From a virus (Duplodnaviria; Caudoviricetes): a DNA stretch of 64,000 nt. A program made the translations under genes and the position numbers. Positions 38,568-48,889 of this stretch are shown here, in pieces (position 1 is the first letter of the stretch; the number at the start of each line of letters is the position of its first letter). The notes beneath the pieces are model-generated. The model was not told the DNA's origin. It saw only the letters and a list, made by a program, of their open reading frames with translations, and did not search any database. Location of the stretch: IMG/VR virus record IMGVR_UViG_3300028591_000076, positions 96,001-160,000 of that record; one strand, written 5' to 3'.

Positions 38568-40490
38568 ATGGCAAAATTTAGTACACTTACACATAATGGC
38601 CCAATATTTCCACCAGAATATGAAGTAAAGGGATTTAAGTTAGCAAATGAAGAGCTTTCGCCACTTGCGGAAGAAATGATGTGGCATTATGCTGCTAAGC
38701 GTGATACTGATTATGTAAAAATTGAAAGATTTAATAAAAACTTTTATAGTTGTCTTAAGCCGGAGCTTACAGCAAATCAGCAGCTTCTCGAATTTCCTAA
38801 GGACTATAAAAAGCTTATTGATGATATGTTTAATAAAAATCAGCAGATTAAGGAACAAAAAGCAAATTCAGCAGTAAAAAAAGTAACAAAGAAAGAATGG
38901 AAACTCGCAGAAGAAGATGCATCTCTTAAAAAGAGACTCGAAGCTCGCCAGAAAAAATATGATGAAGCAGACGCAGAAAAAACTGCAATGAAAGAAAAGT
39001 ATGGGTTTGCTTTTAAGGATGGCAAAAAAGAGCCTCTTGGCAGTTTTATGATTGAGCCTCCGGGAATTATTATGACTCGTGGCGATTCGTCTATTCTTGG
39101 TATGTGGAAATATCGTACTGTACCAGAAGATGTAATTATTAACTTTATTCCACTTCCAGAAAAAGAATGGGATGCTCTTCCAAAATCTTATCAGGATGTT
39201 GTTCTTGGTAAAGCTGAAATGAATACACTTTTACCTGAAGATCAGGAAAAACTTAAGGAGATGAAAATTCCATTTGCTCCAAGAGCTCCGGAAGGTCATA
39301 ATTGGAAAAAAGTAGTTTCTGATAATAATTCTTGTCAGACCGTAATGTATTTTGTTCAGGTTGGACGTCCAGAATTTGGTATCAGCCCGCGCTATAAAAG
39401 AATTATTTTCGCTGCTAAGTCTGATACTAAAAAAGAAAAAGATATGCTTAAATTTGAAAAAGCAAGAAAGCTTGTTCAGATGTGGCCAGATATGGAAAAG
39501 CATATTATGAAAGGTATGGTTTCAACTGATGCAAAACGTCAAGAAGCTGCAACTATCGCGTCTCTTATTAAAACGACTGGTATTCGTGTAGGCAATGAAA
39601 AAGATGAATCAGCCGGATATGCAGAAACAGTTGGTGCATCTACTCTTGAAGTAGGTAATATTGAACTTATTGCTGATTACAAAGTGAAGCTTGACTTTAT
39701 GGGTAAGGACTCAGTTCACTATGAAAATACTGTTCAGCTTGACCAGCTTACTTATAATGCGCTTAAAAAAATTATTGGAAATCGTTCAAAAGACGAGCTG
39801 GTATTTAAGAATGCTTCATCAAACGATGTTGCGGCATTCTTGAAAGAGTTTATGCCAGAATGTTCACCTAAACTTTTCCGTTCAGCTTATGGATGTAAAC
39901 TTATTTCAGAAGAACTCCATAAGGCAGAAAAAGATGGAAAACTTACGAAGGCTATGCCAACTTCAAAGAAAATTGCAGTTTATGATAATGCTAATCTTGA
40001 AGTTGCTAAAAAATTAAATCATCAGCGTGCGCTTCCTAAGAACTTTGATGCTCAAATGGAAAAGCTTGATAAGCAAATTGAAGATGCTATTAAGAAAGAA
40101 GCAGAAGTAAAAGCTAAAGCTGAAGCAGAACTTAAGAAAGTCTTAGAGCAGGCTAAACTTGCTAAGAAAGAATGGGAAGGTGAAAAGCTTACAGCAGCGC
40201 TTGAAAGGATTAAAGAGCGTAAAGATAAAATTACCGCTAAAGTAGAAAAGTCGGAAGAAAAGATTGAAAAGCTTAAAGATAAGCGCGAAATGAAAGATAA
40301 AGCAAAAAACTATTCTCTCACCACATCCCGTACTGCTTATTCTACACCAGCTCTTGCGGTAGCTTTCTGTAAAAAGTTTGATATTGATATTTCAAATATC
40401 TATTCTAAGTCGCTTCAGGAAAAATTCAATTGGGCAATGGATACTCCAGAAAGTTATTATGATAATTTCCCTAAAGAAGCTAAAAAATAA
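38568..40490 (+). CDS. top1: DNA topoisomerase IB, long (eukaryote/archaea-like) form
   Basis: TLTHNGPIFPPEY, IEPPG..TRG, PEDVIIN, GHNWKKV, KFEKARKL, IRVGNEKD, FMGKDS, KLFRS, NHQR, coiled-coil linker, TSRTAY, IYSKSLQEKFNWA; SD AAGGAG. Confidence 0.93.
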   Translation: MAKFSTLTHNGPIFPPEYEVKGFKLANEELSPLAEEMMWHYAAKRDTDYVKIERFNKNFYSCLKPELTANQQLLEFPKDYKKLIDDMFNKNQQIKEQKANSAVKKVTKKEWKLAEEDASLKKRLEARQKKYDEADAEKTAMKEKYGFAFKDGKKEPLGSFMIEPPGIIMTRGDSSILGMWKYRTVPEDVIINFIPLPEKEWDALPKSYQDVVLGKAEMNTLLPEDQEKLKEMKIPFAPRAPEGHNWKKVVSDNNSCQTVMYFVQVGRPEFGISPRYKRIIFAAKSDTKKEKDMLKFEKARKLVQMWPDMEKHIMKGMVSTDAKRQEAATIASLIKTTGIRVGNEKDESAGYAETVGASTLEVGNIELIADYKVKLDFMGKDSVHYENTVQLDQLTYNALKKIIGNRSKDELVFKNASSNDVAAFLKEFMPECSPKLFRSAYGCKLISEELHKAEKDGKLTKAMPTSKKIAVYDNANLEVAKKLNHQRALPKNFDAQMEKLDKQIEDAIKKEAEVKAKAEAELKKVLEQAKLAKKEWEGEKLTAALERIKERKDKITAKVEKSEEKIEKLKDKREMKDKAKNYSLTTSRTAYSTPALAVAFCKKFDIDISNIYSKSLQEKFNWAMDTPESYYDNFPKEAKK

Positions 40491-40495
40491 AAATC

Positions 40496-40514
40496 AGGGC
40501 TCATTTTGAGCCCT
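40496..40514 (+). terminator. Hairpin after top1 (weak U tract)
   Basis: AGGGCTCA-TTT-TGAGCCCT. Confidence 0.5.
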
Positions 40515-40569
40515 ATAAATAATGAAAAAGCTTCATACTAGAGATTTTGGATATAATAGGAATTAAATT

Positions 40570-40935
40570 ATGAGTGATGTTGTTAGGGATATTTATAAAG
40601 AACTTGGGAATAAAATGCCTAAAAAAATTTATAAAAAATATTGTTTTTGTAAATGCAAGGGACCAAATTTTGGTTCCTGTAATAACTGTGGAAATGATAA
40701 TAATGATATGATTTTTTGTCCCGTGTTTATTTTAGCTATAATTGGCATATTAGCTGTAATAGGATTTGCTATATCTATAACTTCGAGTAACTTTAGCTAC
40801 TTTATTAAGATATTTATTATACCTTCTACTATATTTATTGCCGGACATTTTATAATAGGATTTTTACGATATAAGATAAGAAATATTAAGAAGTTTAATG
40901 ATTGTTATTCGGATTATATAAGCCATGAAAACTAA
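40570..40935 (+). CDS. Cys-rich membrane protein
   Basis: Cys cluster followed by two TM segments. Confidence 0.55.
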   Translation: MSDVVRDIYKELGNKMPKKIYKKYCFCKCKGPNFGSCNNCGNDNNDMIFCPVFILAIIGILAVIGFAISITSSNFSYFIKIFIIPSTIFIAGHFIIGFLRYKIRNIKKFNDCYSDYISHEN

Positions 40936-41563
40936 TGAAATATCGAGTTTATTAAAAAAATATCCTTTTCTTATAATAAAAGACTATAATGGTAAATCTG
41001 CCTATTCAAAAAAAGATTTACTAGACCATAATTATTATACATATTGGGATAATACTGGCTGGTCGAATATTTGGAAAGATTTTTTACATAGTGTATTTGT
41101 TATTTATGATAGTTTAAATGACCATGATAAAAGTTTAATAAATATTTGGGAAACAAAAGAAAAATATGGCTATTTAAGAGTTGATTTAACATATCCATCT
41201 AGTATTAGTAAGAGCGAAGAATTGGATGACTTAATTAACCAGCTAGAATTATTATCTAGCGTGACTTGTGTTAATTGTGGTAAAATACCTAAAAATAGTA
41301 AAGGTCAGTCTATTATTTGGCGAACACGTGGATGGATAGCGCCTTTTTGTAAGAAATGTGCTAGAAATCAAATGATAGAATCTGGTTATACTAAGTCTGA
41401 AATAAAAGCAAAATTAAAAGCAATTAGGGAAGTTAGTCCTTTATTTATAATAAAATCAAGCTCTTTATCAGTATCTACAGAAAAACAATATGTTTTAAGT
41501 AATAATAAGCTTAAATTAAAAAAGAAAATTATAACAGAAATAGCACAAGTAAACAAAGAATAA
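40925..41563 (+). CDS. Conserved-type phage protein (KEKYGxLR...CxxCG...CxxC)
   Basis: ETKEKYGYLRVD, TCVNCG, GWIAPFCKKC. Confidence 0.6.
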   Translation: MKTNEISSLLKKYPFLIIKDYNGKSAYSKKDLLDHNYYTYWDNTGWSNIWKDFLHSVFVIYDSLNDHDKSLINIWETKEKYGYLRVDLTYPSSISKSEELDDLINQLELLSSVTCVNCGKIPKNSKGQSIIWRTRGWIAPFCKKCARNQMIESGYTKSEIKAKLKAIREVSPLFIIKSSSLSVSTEKQYVLSNNKLKLKKKIITEIAQVNKE

Positions 41564-41590
41564 GCAAATATATAATATTAGGAGTTTAAA

Positions 41591-42370
41591 ATGGCAGTTC
41601 ATATAAAATCTAGAGAAGATATAAATGACGCAATTCGTTATATTGTAAAAGAAAAAGGTGGCGGAGACTTAGAATATAAAGGAAGAGTTGTAACATTTAC
41701 ATTAAATGGTTTTGACTTATTTATTTCTAATTCGCCATATAGTTTTAAGATTAGGTCAGTTGATTATAAAGAAAGTTTACAAGACGTTTATTATGCAGTA
41801 GAACATCAGCTATGCGTAAAAGAACAGTATGAAAAAGTTCTTACATCACATGATGAGTATGGTAATAAGCTTATTTATTATTATGATAAAACTCATAATA
41901 AAGTAGTTATGATTAAAGCAGTCCTTATTAAGGAAGGCGATAAAGTAGTAGGCTATAATTATAAATTTTTTAGAGAAGAAAAAAATATTCCTAGGTATAA
42001 AGAAATTTATGATAGATATGAATATTATAATAAAGATTATGGTATAGTAGACGATAATTATGTGCTCCAGGAATGGGATAAGGAAACAATTAAAGATACC
42101 GATATCGATCCAGAAGACTATAGACGCTATATTATAAACGAGTTCAAAGGTAAAAAGATTTCACCGAATAATACGCCTAATCTAGGAACTTATCATTATA
42201 AGTTCTATTTTAAATGTGATAATTGTGGAGTTGATACTTGGGAATGGCATGTACATAATTCAGGTGCTCTTATAGACTATTTTCCTCCATTTTTATGTAA
42301 AGAATGTAAAGAAAAACAAAAAAATGGTATATTAGGTCAGCTTAGAAATCAGCCAGGAAGATTTAATTGA
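41591..42370 (+). CDS. Hypothetical protein with C-terminal Zn ribbon
   Basis: SD AGGAG; CDNC...CKEC. Confidence 0.6.
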   Translation: MAVHIKSREDINDAIRYIVKEKGGGDLEYKGRVVTFTLNGFDLFISNSPYSFKIRSVDYKESLQDVYYAVEHQLCVKEQYEKVLTSHDEYGNKLIYYYDKTHNKVVMIKAVLIKEGDKVVGYNYKFFREEKNIPRYKEIYDRYEYYNKDYGIVDDNYVLQEWDKETIKDTDIDPEDYRRYIINEFKGKKISPNNTPNLGTYHYKFYFKCDNCGVDTWEWHVHNSGALIDYFPPFLCKECKEKQKNGILGQLRNQPGRFN

Positions 42371-42897
42371 AAAAATTAACTTTTTCAGCGCCAGTAACAA
42401 TATTTTTAATTATAATTTCATTTATAATTCTTGTTACTGGTAAGTCTGCTTTATGCGCAACACATAATAGAATTGACCAAAATTTAATTTTACATATTTT
42501 TGGTCATTCTAATTTTAATCATTGGTTTGGTAATATTACACTATTAGCTATAATAGGCCAGTCGGTAGAAGATAAATATGGCAGTTGGACTACATTAATT
42601 TTAGTAATTTTAGATGCTATAATTGTGGGATTAGCTTATTGTTTTTTACAGCCTGTAAGCTGTTATGGTTTATCATCTGTAGTATATATGTTTGTTGTAT
42701 TGAATACATTTCCCTCTAAAAAGGATAATAGTATATCAATACTTACTATACTAATAATGATTATTTTTATTTGCCCAGAAATTATTGGCCTTATAAGGAA
42801 TAATGATAATATTGGACATTTGGCTCATCTTATTGCGGGATTAAATGGGCTAATTTTTGGTATTATATATAGCGCATTAAAATTAAGAAAAGAATAA
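42367..42897 (+). CDS. Rhomboid family intramembrane serine protease
   Basis: HxxxxHxxxN (HSNFNHWFGN), GLS catalytic Ser, AHLIAG catalytic His; multiple TMs; TTG start overlapping the previous stop. Confidence 0.8.
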   Translation: MKKLTFSAPVTIFLIIISFIILVTGKSALCATHNRIDQNLILHIFGHSNFNHWFGNITLLAIIGQSVEDKYGSWTTLILVILDAIIVGLAYCFLQPVSCYGLSSVVYMFVVLNTFPSKKDNSISILTILIMIIFICPEIIGLIRNNDNIGHLAHLIAGLNGLIFGIIYSALKLRKE

Positions 42898-42901
42898 AAT
42901 T

Positions 42902-42926
42902 AAAAAGCTCCTATTTAAGGAGCTTT
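42902..42926. terminator. Bidirectional terminator
   Basis: AAAAAGCTCCT-ATTTA-AGGAGCTTT. Confidence 0.75.
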
Positions 42927-42930
42927 AATA

Positions 42931-43956
42931 TTATCTATTAGCTATTTCTTTAACAATACAATTTAATAAGTCTAGCTTATTTGTTTTCCACTCAGCTAAC
43001 TTTGACTCTTCAATTTTATATTTATTTGAAATATGGTTTATGAAAGCTTCCTTAAAGTCAGACTCTGCTAATTCTTCATCTGTAGGGCTATAATTATCTA
43101 ATTCTTCTTCAATTTCAGCCGATGCTTCGTCTTCTTTTTTAGCTTGTAAGACTTTTTCATTATCGCCAACTGTAATTTGAATAGGTACATCATTTGGATT
43201 TACTATATCTATATGAATATCATTTTCTTCATCTTCATATGTATCTGTATTAGCTGGAATATTATCATCTTCATAGATATCTGAATCATCTAAATAGGCA
43301 GAATAATCAATTTCATCATCACTTGTAATTTCTGGATTATCAATTTTATTTAAAGTAACATCTGAAAAGTCTAGTCCACTTGTAGCCTGTTGATTACTAG
43401 CTTGGAAATGTGACCAGTCCGCATCATCTAAATGATTTTCTATATCTACTGGTGTACCTGTAACTGCTGTTGACACTTGAGCTGGTATTGTATCGCCATA
43501 AAGCTGTTCTTTATCTTCTTCTATATCAGATTCTGACTCATATTTAACTAAAACTTTAGAGTTGCCAATTTCGTCAGCTAAAATACCAGTCGCAGCTACA
43601 GCTTTTTGAGCGGCTACAAATTTATCTTTATACTGCCCAGGCTGTAATTTAACGCCAGCTTTTTTTAATTCTTTTTCTCTAGCATCTCCGACTTTTTCTG
43701 CTTCTTTATCTTTCATCTTCATTATTCTTTTTTTATCAAGATTTTTGAAGTCGTTATTTACTATATCTGAAACATTTTTATCCATATCAGACTCATTAAA
43801 TTGATATGTATTGTCAATTTGGATATCTGTCATTTCTGATAAATAGCATTTTTCGCCTGTTATAAATGGATTATTATTCTCATCAAAAATAACATATCCT
43901 ATAACATCTTTATTATTAAATTTGCCTTTAATACAAGTTCCTTCATTAAAAGTCAT
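42931..43956 (-). CDS. Acidic hypothetical protein (possible internal head protein)
   Basis: FNEG, FNES, LAES, IEES sites; ACTAATT/ACTAAAT upstream. Confidence 0.55.
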   Translation of the reverse strand: MTFNEGTCIKGKFNNKDVIGYVIFDENNNPFITGEKCYLSEMTDIQIDNTYQFNESDMDKNVSDIVNNDFKNLDKKRIMKMKDKEAEKVGDAREKELKKAGVKLQPGQYKDKFVAAQKAVAATGILADEIGNSKVLVKYESESDIEEDKEQLYGDTIPAQVSTAVTGTPVDIENHLDDADWSHFQASNQQATSGLDFSDVTLNKIDNPEITSDDEIDYSAYLDDSDIYEDDNIPANTDTYEDEENDIHIDIVNPNDVPIQITVGDNEKVLQAKKEDEASAEIEEELDNYSPTDEELAESDFKEAFINHISNKYKIEESKLAEWKTNKLDLLNCIVKEIANR

Positions 43957-44067
43957 AATTTTTCCTCTAATACCTATTTAGTAATATAGTAGCATTTATT
44001 AATCTTTTATAGAATTAGTGACTATTTTTTTTAATAGGTTACTAAATATACTTAGGAGATACTCATA

Positions 44068-44994
44068 ATGAAAATCGAATTTACAAAATTAGTTACATCC
44101 GAGGAAAATATAAAAGTAGATTTTGGTGATGGAAATGGATTTAGAGAATATCCAGTAAACGACGCTAAAAAGAATGGAATTACTATTCCTAATAATATAA
44201 CAGAATTTAATAATATAAAAATTAAAGGAAGCGCTAACGTAATTCCAAATCTTGAAGTTATGAAATCCTTAAAGTTTGGACCTCAAAATTATGAAATTCA
44301 TATAAAGGATTATTATCCTTTTATTGAATGGTACCATTATCAAGGACTTTGTTTCAATAATCTAACATATCCAGATATATTAAGTAATACTAGTGATTAT
44401 GGAAATTTCTTAAAGATGCTACTTTATATAATTCAAGCGCAGCTAAACAGTATTTATTATAATAATGACCATAATAATAATTTACTTCAGATTAATAATA
44501 GTAACCTTTACAGCGACTATAATTATACAACGCCTTTTTATATTAAATATATAGATTCTAAGGATAATAATACCTTACTTATACCCTTTTGTTGTCCTAG
44601 CTATGGGTCCTCTTTCCATTTAATAGGGCCAGATTTTTTTTATAAATCAACAGATGAAATACAAAATGAGGATTCATCTATAGTAATAGATGAGAATATA
44701 GGTGATTATATTCGTAATATTACGTCTTATGATACCTATTACCTTGATTTAATATCTCAGCTTAAGCAGGGCATGACTATATATTATAAAAATCCTGATG
44801 ATGAGTCTCTAAGTGATACTAATATAAAAATAGTTATTGATAATGATATAGAATATTCAGTTAGTACGCCTTTTGGATATAATGAGGATACAAGTAAATA
44901 TGAGAGAACTATTATAGCAGATAATAATACGGGACTTACGCATACTGTAGATGATAATTTTTCTGCTGGTACAGCTTATATAGTAGAATGTTAA
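44068..44994 (+). CDS. Hypothetical protein (possibly virion-associated)
   Basis: ACTAAAT motif and SD AGGAG. Confidence 0.55.
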   Translation: MKIEFTKLVTSEENIKVDFGDGNGFREYPVNDAKKNGITIPNNITEFNNIKIKGSANVIPNLEVMKSLKFGPQNYEIHIKDYYPFIEWYHYQGLCFNNLTYPDILSNTSDYGNFLKMLLYIIQAQLNSIYYNNDHNNNLLQINNSNLYSDYNYTTPFYIKYIDSKDNNTLLIPFCCPSYGSSFHLIGPDFFYKSTDEIQNEDSSIVIDENIGDYIRNITSYDTYYLDLISQLKQGMTIYYKNPDDESLSDTNIKIVIDNDIEYSVSTPFGYNEDTSKYERTIIADNNTGLTHTVDDNFSAGTAYIVEC

Positions 44995-45806
44995 ATTTAC
45001 TTATTTGTAATAATAGGCTTGAAGACGTAGAAAATATTAATAAAAATATAGCGCTATTCAAGTCTATTTTTAATGAATCTAATATATTTATATTTCATGA
45101 CTCTGATATACAATGTGATAGCTATGATAAAAGAACTGTTGTTTTCAGTATTAATAAAAATATTGGATTATTAGCGGGTAGAAAATATTTGGTAGAGCAT
45201 ATACCAGAAAAGTATAATAATGAATATTTTATATGGTTAGACTCTGATGATCTATTATTACCACAAGAGCTACAAAGGGGATATGATGAAATATCTAAAA
45301 ATGACTGGGATTACTATGGTTTACTAGATAGTGATAGGGTTTGGAATAAAATTTATAGATTATCACTTTTAAAAGAGGCATATGAAGTAATCCCACAAGA
45401 TATGTTTGGATTTAAAATTCTTTATCAAGAAGATAGTTTTATTAAATCTGTAATACTTGATATAGCTGTAAAAAGACAATTTAATAATATTAAGTCAGCA
45501 GATATTAGATTTATAAAGTATAATGGATATCATGCGCCAAACTTATCTAACCCTGAGTCAGCTAAAAAGTTTTTTGAAAGTTTTTTCATAAAAGAAATTT
45601 GGGGCATTAATAAAGTTGGACCATTTAAGATTTTGCCTAGACAATTATCAATTATAATTTATAATGATATAAAACATTATGGTGAAAATTATATACTTGG
45701 TATTATTAATGATATAATAAGTAAATTACCAGAAAAATATCATAGCTATTTTAAGGATATTATAGATAGCGCACAAAAATTAGATTTAACTCTAAATACA
45801 AAATAA
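44988..45806 (+). CDS. GT-A fold (family 2-like) glycosyltransferase
   Basis: NIGLLAGR...YFIWLDSDD (DxD), VWNKIY, QED. Confidence 0.65.
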   Translation: MLNLLICNNRLEDVENINKNIALFKSIFNESNIFIFHDSDIQCDSYDKRTVVFSINKNIGLLAGRKYLVEHIPEKYNNEYFIWLDSDDLLLPQELQRGYDEISKNDWDYYGLLDSDRVWNKIYRLSLLKEAYEVIPQDMFGFKILYQEDSFIKSVILDIAVKRQFNNIKSADIRFIKYNGYHAPNLSNPESAKKFFESFFIKEIWGINKVGPFKILPRQLSIIIYNDIKHYGENYILGIINDIISKLPEKYHSYFKDIIDSAQKLDLTLNTK

Positions 45807-45832
45807 AAAAAGTCCCCAATTAAGGGGACTTT
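45805..45832. terminator. Bidirectional terminator
   Basis: AAAGTCCCC-AATTAA-GGGGACTTT. Confidence 0.8.
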
Positions 45833-45836
45833 CTTG

Positions 45837-47717
45837 TTATGCATCTTTTACTTCATACTCAACGTCATCTGATGTTCCACTATTTGGCGCAGTATTAGTA
45901 CTTTGATTAGCCTGCTGACTTTCATACATTTTTTGACCAATAATATATGAAGCCTGCTTAGCATCTTCCAGAGCTTTTTTCAAGTCACTAATATTATTTT
46001 TATCTTTCTCTTCTTTCAATTTAGAAAGCGCAGCTTCTACTTTAGATTTTTCATCCGAAGATAATTTATCGCCATAATCTTTTAATGACTTTTCGGTAGA
46101 GTTTATAAGTGAATCAGCCTCATTTTTTGTATCTGCCATTTCCCTTATTTTTTTATCTTCTTCCGCATGCATCTCAGCATCCTTCTGCATTTTTTCAATT
46201 TCTTCCTTTGAAAGGCTAGAAGAAGCTGTAATTGTAATTTTCTGGTCCTTACCTGTTCCTTTATCCTTTGCTGAAACGCTAAGAATACCATTACTATCCA
46301 ATTCGAAGGATACTTCAATTTGTGGCAGTCCTCTAGGAGCTGGTGGAATACCATCAAGATTAAAATTACCAAGTGTCTTATTATCAGCAGCCATAGGTCT
46401 TTCGCCCTGTAATACATGAATAGTTACAGCTGTCTGATTATCTGCATATGTAGAGAATACTTGACTTTTCTTTGTAGGGATTGTAGTATTCTTATCAATA
46501 ATTTTTGTAAATACACCACCCGCAGTTTCAATACCGAGTGAGAGAGGTGTTACATCAAGAAGAACTAGGTCTTGTTTTACGTCACCACTAAGTACACCAC
46601 CCTGAATTGCAGCTCCAATAGCAACAGCTTCATCAGGATTTACTGATTTATTTCCTTCTTTACCAAATACTTCCTTTACAAGAGCCTGAATAGCAGGAAC
46701 ACGCGTTGTACCACCAACAAGGAGAATATCATCAATATCTGAAGTTGATAATCCAGCATCTTTCAAAGCTTGAAGCATAGGAGCACGATGACGTTCTACT
46801 AGCGGAGCAATAATTTGCTCGAATTTTGCTCTGGAAATTTCCATCTGCAAATGCTTTGGACCTGTTGCATCCGCGGTAATAAAAGGTAGGTTAATAGATG
46901 TAGTAGTTGAGCTAGAGAGTGCAATTTTAGCATTTTCTGCTGCTTCCTTAATACGCTGAAGAGCCATAGGATCATTCTTCAAATCTACACCATTTGTTTT
47001 CTTAAAGTCATCACAAATGTAGTCTACAAGCGCATTATCAAAGTCGGTACCACCAAGCTTTGCATCGCCCGAAGTAGCCAAAACTTCAAAAACACCATCA
47101 GAAACATCAAGAATTGAAACATCAAAAGTTCCACTTCCGGCGTCGACAACAGCTAGCTTCTTATTAATATCCTTTTTATCAAAACCAAATGCTAATGCTG
47201 CAGCAGTTGGCTCAGCTACAAGACGTTCTACTTCCAAACCTGCAATTTTACCAGCATCCTTTGTTGCTTGTCTTTGCTTATCATTAAAATATGCTGGAAC
47301 AGTAATAACAGCTTTTGTAACAATTTCGCCCAAATAGTCTTCTGCTGTTTTCTTCATTTTCATCAAAATTTGAGCAGAAATTTCTTCTGGGGATAAATCT
47401 TTTCCATCAATGTTTATCCTAGCTGCTCCATTAGCGCCTTCAGTAACCTTATATGGAACAATATTTATCCAGTCTTTCATTTCTGAATAATTATTTCCCA
47501 TAAAACGTTTAATAGCATAAATAGTATTTTTTGGATTTGTAATTGCCACATTTTTTGCTGACTTACCAACAATTATTTGTCCATCTTTATATGAAACAAA
47601 AGAAGGAGTTGTTCTATCGCCCGCATCATTAACAATAACAGTTGGCGTTCCATTTTCAATTATTGATACACAACTATTACCTGTGCCTAAATCGACACCC
47701 AAAATCTTATTAGTCAT
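45837..47717 (-). CDS. dnaK: Hsp70 chaperone DnaK
   Basis: [56 protein letters not shown]. Confidence 0.97.
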   Translation of the reverse strand: MTNKILGVDLGTGNSCVSIIENGTPTVIVNDAGDRTTPSFVSYKDGQIIVGKSAKNVAITNPKNTIYAIKRFMGNNYSEMKDWINIVPYKVTEGANGAARINIDGKDLSPEEISAQILMKMKKTAEDYLGEIVTKAVITVPAYFNDKQRQATKDAGKIAGLEVERLVAEPTAAALAFGFDKKDINKKLAVVDAGSGTFDVSILDVSDGVFEVLATSGDAKLGGTDFDNALVDYICDDFKKTNGVDLKNDPMALQRIKEAAENAKIALSSSTTTSINLPFITADATGPKHLQMEISRAKFEQIIAPLVERHRAPMLQALKDAGLSTSDIDDILLVGGTTRVPAIQALVKEVFGKEGNKSVNPDEAVAIGAAIQGGVLSGDVKQDLVLLDVTPLSLGIETAGGVFTKIIDKNTTIPTKKSQVFSTYADNQTAVTIHVLQGERPMAADNKTLGNFNLDGIPPAPRGLPQIEVSFELDSNGILSVSAKDKGTGKDQKITITASSSLSKEEIEKMQKDAEMHAEEDKKIREMADTKNEADSLINSTEKSLKDYGDKLSSDEKSKVEAALSKLKEEKDKNNISDLKKALEDAKQASYIIGQKMYESQQANQSTNTAPNSGTSDDVEYEVKDA

Positions 47718-47719
47718 TA

Positions 47720-48817
47720 TTATTTCCTCTTAAATTTTTCTTTCCAATTTTTTCCAAATTTAGATTCCATATAAGAAAAACAGTCTCTTAAATCAGCACT
47801 TTTTAAGATTATGACATTATTATCTCTTATGCATTGCGTTTTAGCTAATGTTTTTTCAGTAATAGAAAACGTATTTCTATCTAAAATAATGCCATTTTCA
47901 TTTAATAATGCGTCATTTTTTATTTCATAAAGAACATTATCCATAATAAAGTCTGGATAATACATATGTTCTTTACCGAGACTATCCACATATGGTATAC
48001 TATAGGGCTCTCTAATAATATTATGGCCTAAGCTTAAATGATAGATATAAAATGCTAATTCCCAGCTAGAATCAAATAATATATCATTATAAATATATGA
48101 AGAATGCGTACCTATAAAAGCTAATTTACCATATTTTTGTATTTGTGTATCCATAGACTTTTTAAGTACATTAGGGTCACATAATGCGCTAGGCCCTCCA
48201 TATCTTTCAATATTTGTAGCTATTTGTTTTTTTCTAATATCATTATTTTGAGCTGCAAAATCTACGCCATATCTTTCATTCATTGTTTGAATACGCTTTG
48301 CTAATATTCTTGGGTCCTCTTGAATATTTCGGTATCCATATAATTTTTCACATGTATCCCGACCTTTTTCTAAAAGTTCTCTAGATGCAAAACCTGTTCC
48401 GCCATATTTCTCAATATTAGTTTTTTTAGTTTTATTTTTTATTTCTTTAATTTTTTGAGGATTATCAAATCCTTTGCCATAAGTATCTTCTAATGAGGCT
48501 TTTACTTTATCAGCTAAAGTTTTTGAAGCAAATCCAATACCGCCATAAAGTTCAGTATTAGTTTTAATTCTTTGCTCTTTTATTTTAAGTTTTTCCTCTT
48601 CTGTTTTAGACTGCCATGCCATCGTTCTAGCGCAATCCCTACATAAAAAAATACTTCTTGGTCCCATCCTTTTAAGTTGGTCTTTGCGCCTTTTAAAAGG
48701 TTTTTTACAAATACTACAATTGGTCTCAAAGTATGTACTACAAGTAATATTATTTAAAATTTGTAATTTATCATTATCTGATAACTTTGTGTCTATTTTA
48801 ATAATCTTCTGTTCCAT
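47720..48817 (-). CDS. Free-standing endonuclease: Zn finger + YG repeats + TnsA-like PD-(D/E)XK domain (paralogue of 36087 N-terminal half)
   Basis: CSIC/CRDC; TNxExYG repeats; FDSSWE...YYPDF...YEIK. Confidence 0.7.
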   Translation of the reverse strand: MEQKIIKIDTKLSDNDKLQILNNITCSTYFETNCSICKKPFKRRKDQLKRMGPRSIFLCRDCARTMAWQSKTEEEKLKIKEQRIKTNTELYGGIGFASKTLADKVKASLEDTYGKGFDNPQKIKEIKNKTKKTNIEKYGGTGFASRELLEKGRDTCEKLYGYRNIQEDPRILAKRIQTMNERYGVDFAAQNNDIRKKQIATNIERYGGPSALCDPNVLKKSMDTQIQKYGKLAFIGTHSSYIYNDILFDSSWELAFYIYHLSLGHNIIREPYSIPYVDSLGKEHMYYPDFIMDNVLYEIKNDALLNENGIILDRNTFSITEKTLAKTQCIRDNNVIILKSADLRDCFSYMESKFGKNWKEKFKRK

Positions 48818-48889
48818 ACAATAATTAGTAGTTCCTAAATATAGGTACTGGTAATATTTGTAAGCTTTTATAAAACTAAAATAACTATT

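Noticed and set aside
38568-40490. Eukaryotic, NCLDV or archaeal origin of the contig, suggested by TopIB
   Set aside because: Bacterial SDs, intrinsic terminators, group I GroEL, SLT, HU-like, DnaN-like and sigma-like genes and a contractile sheath indicate a bacteriophage
36087-48817. Tn7-like transposon suggested by TnsA-like domains
   Set aside because: No TnsB/TnsC partners or terminal repeats; the architecture fits free-standing phage endonucleases
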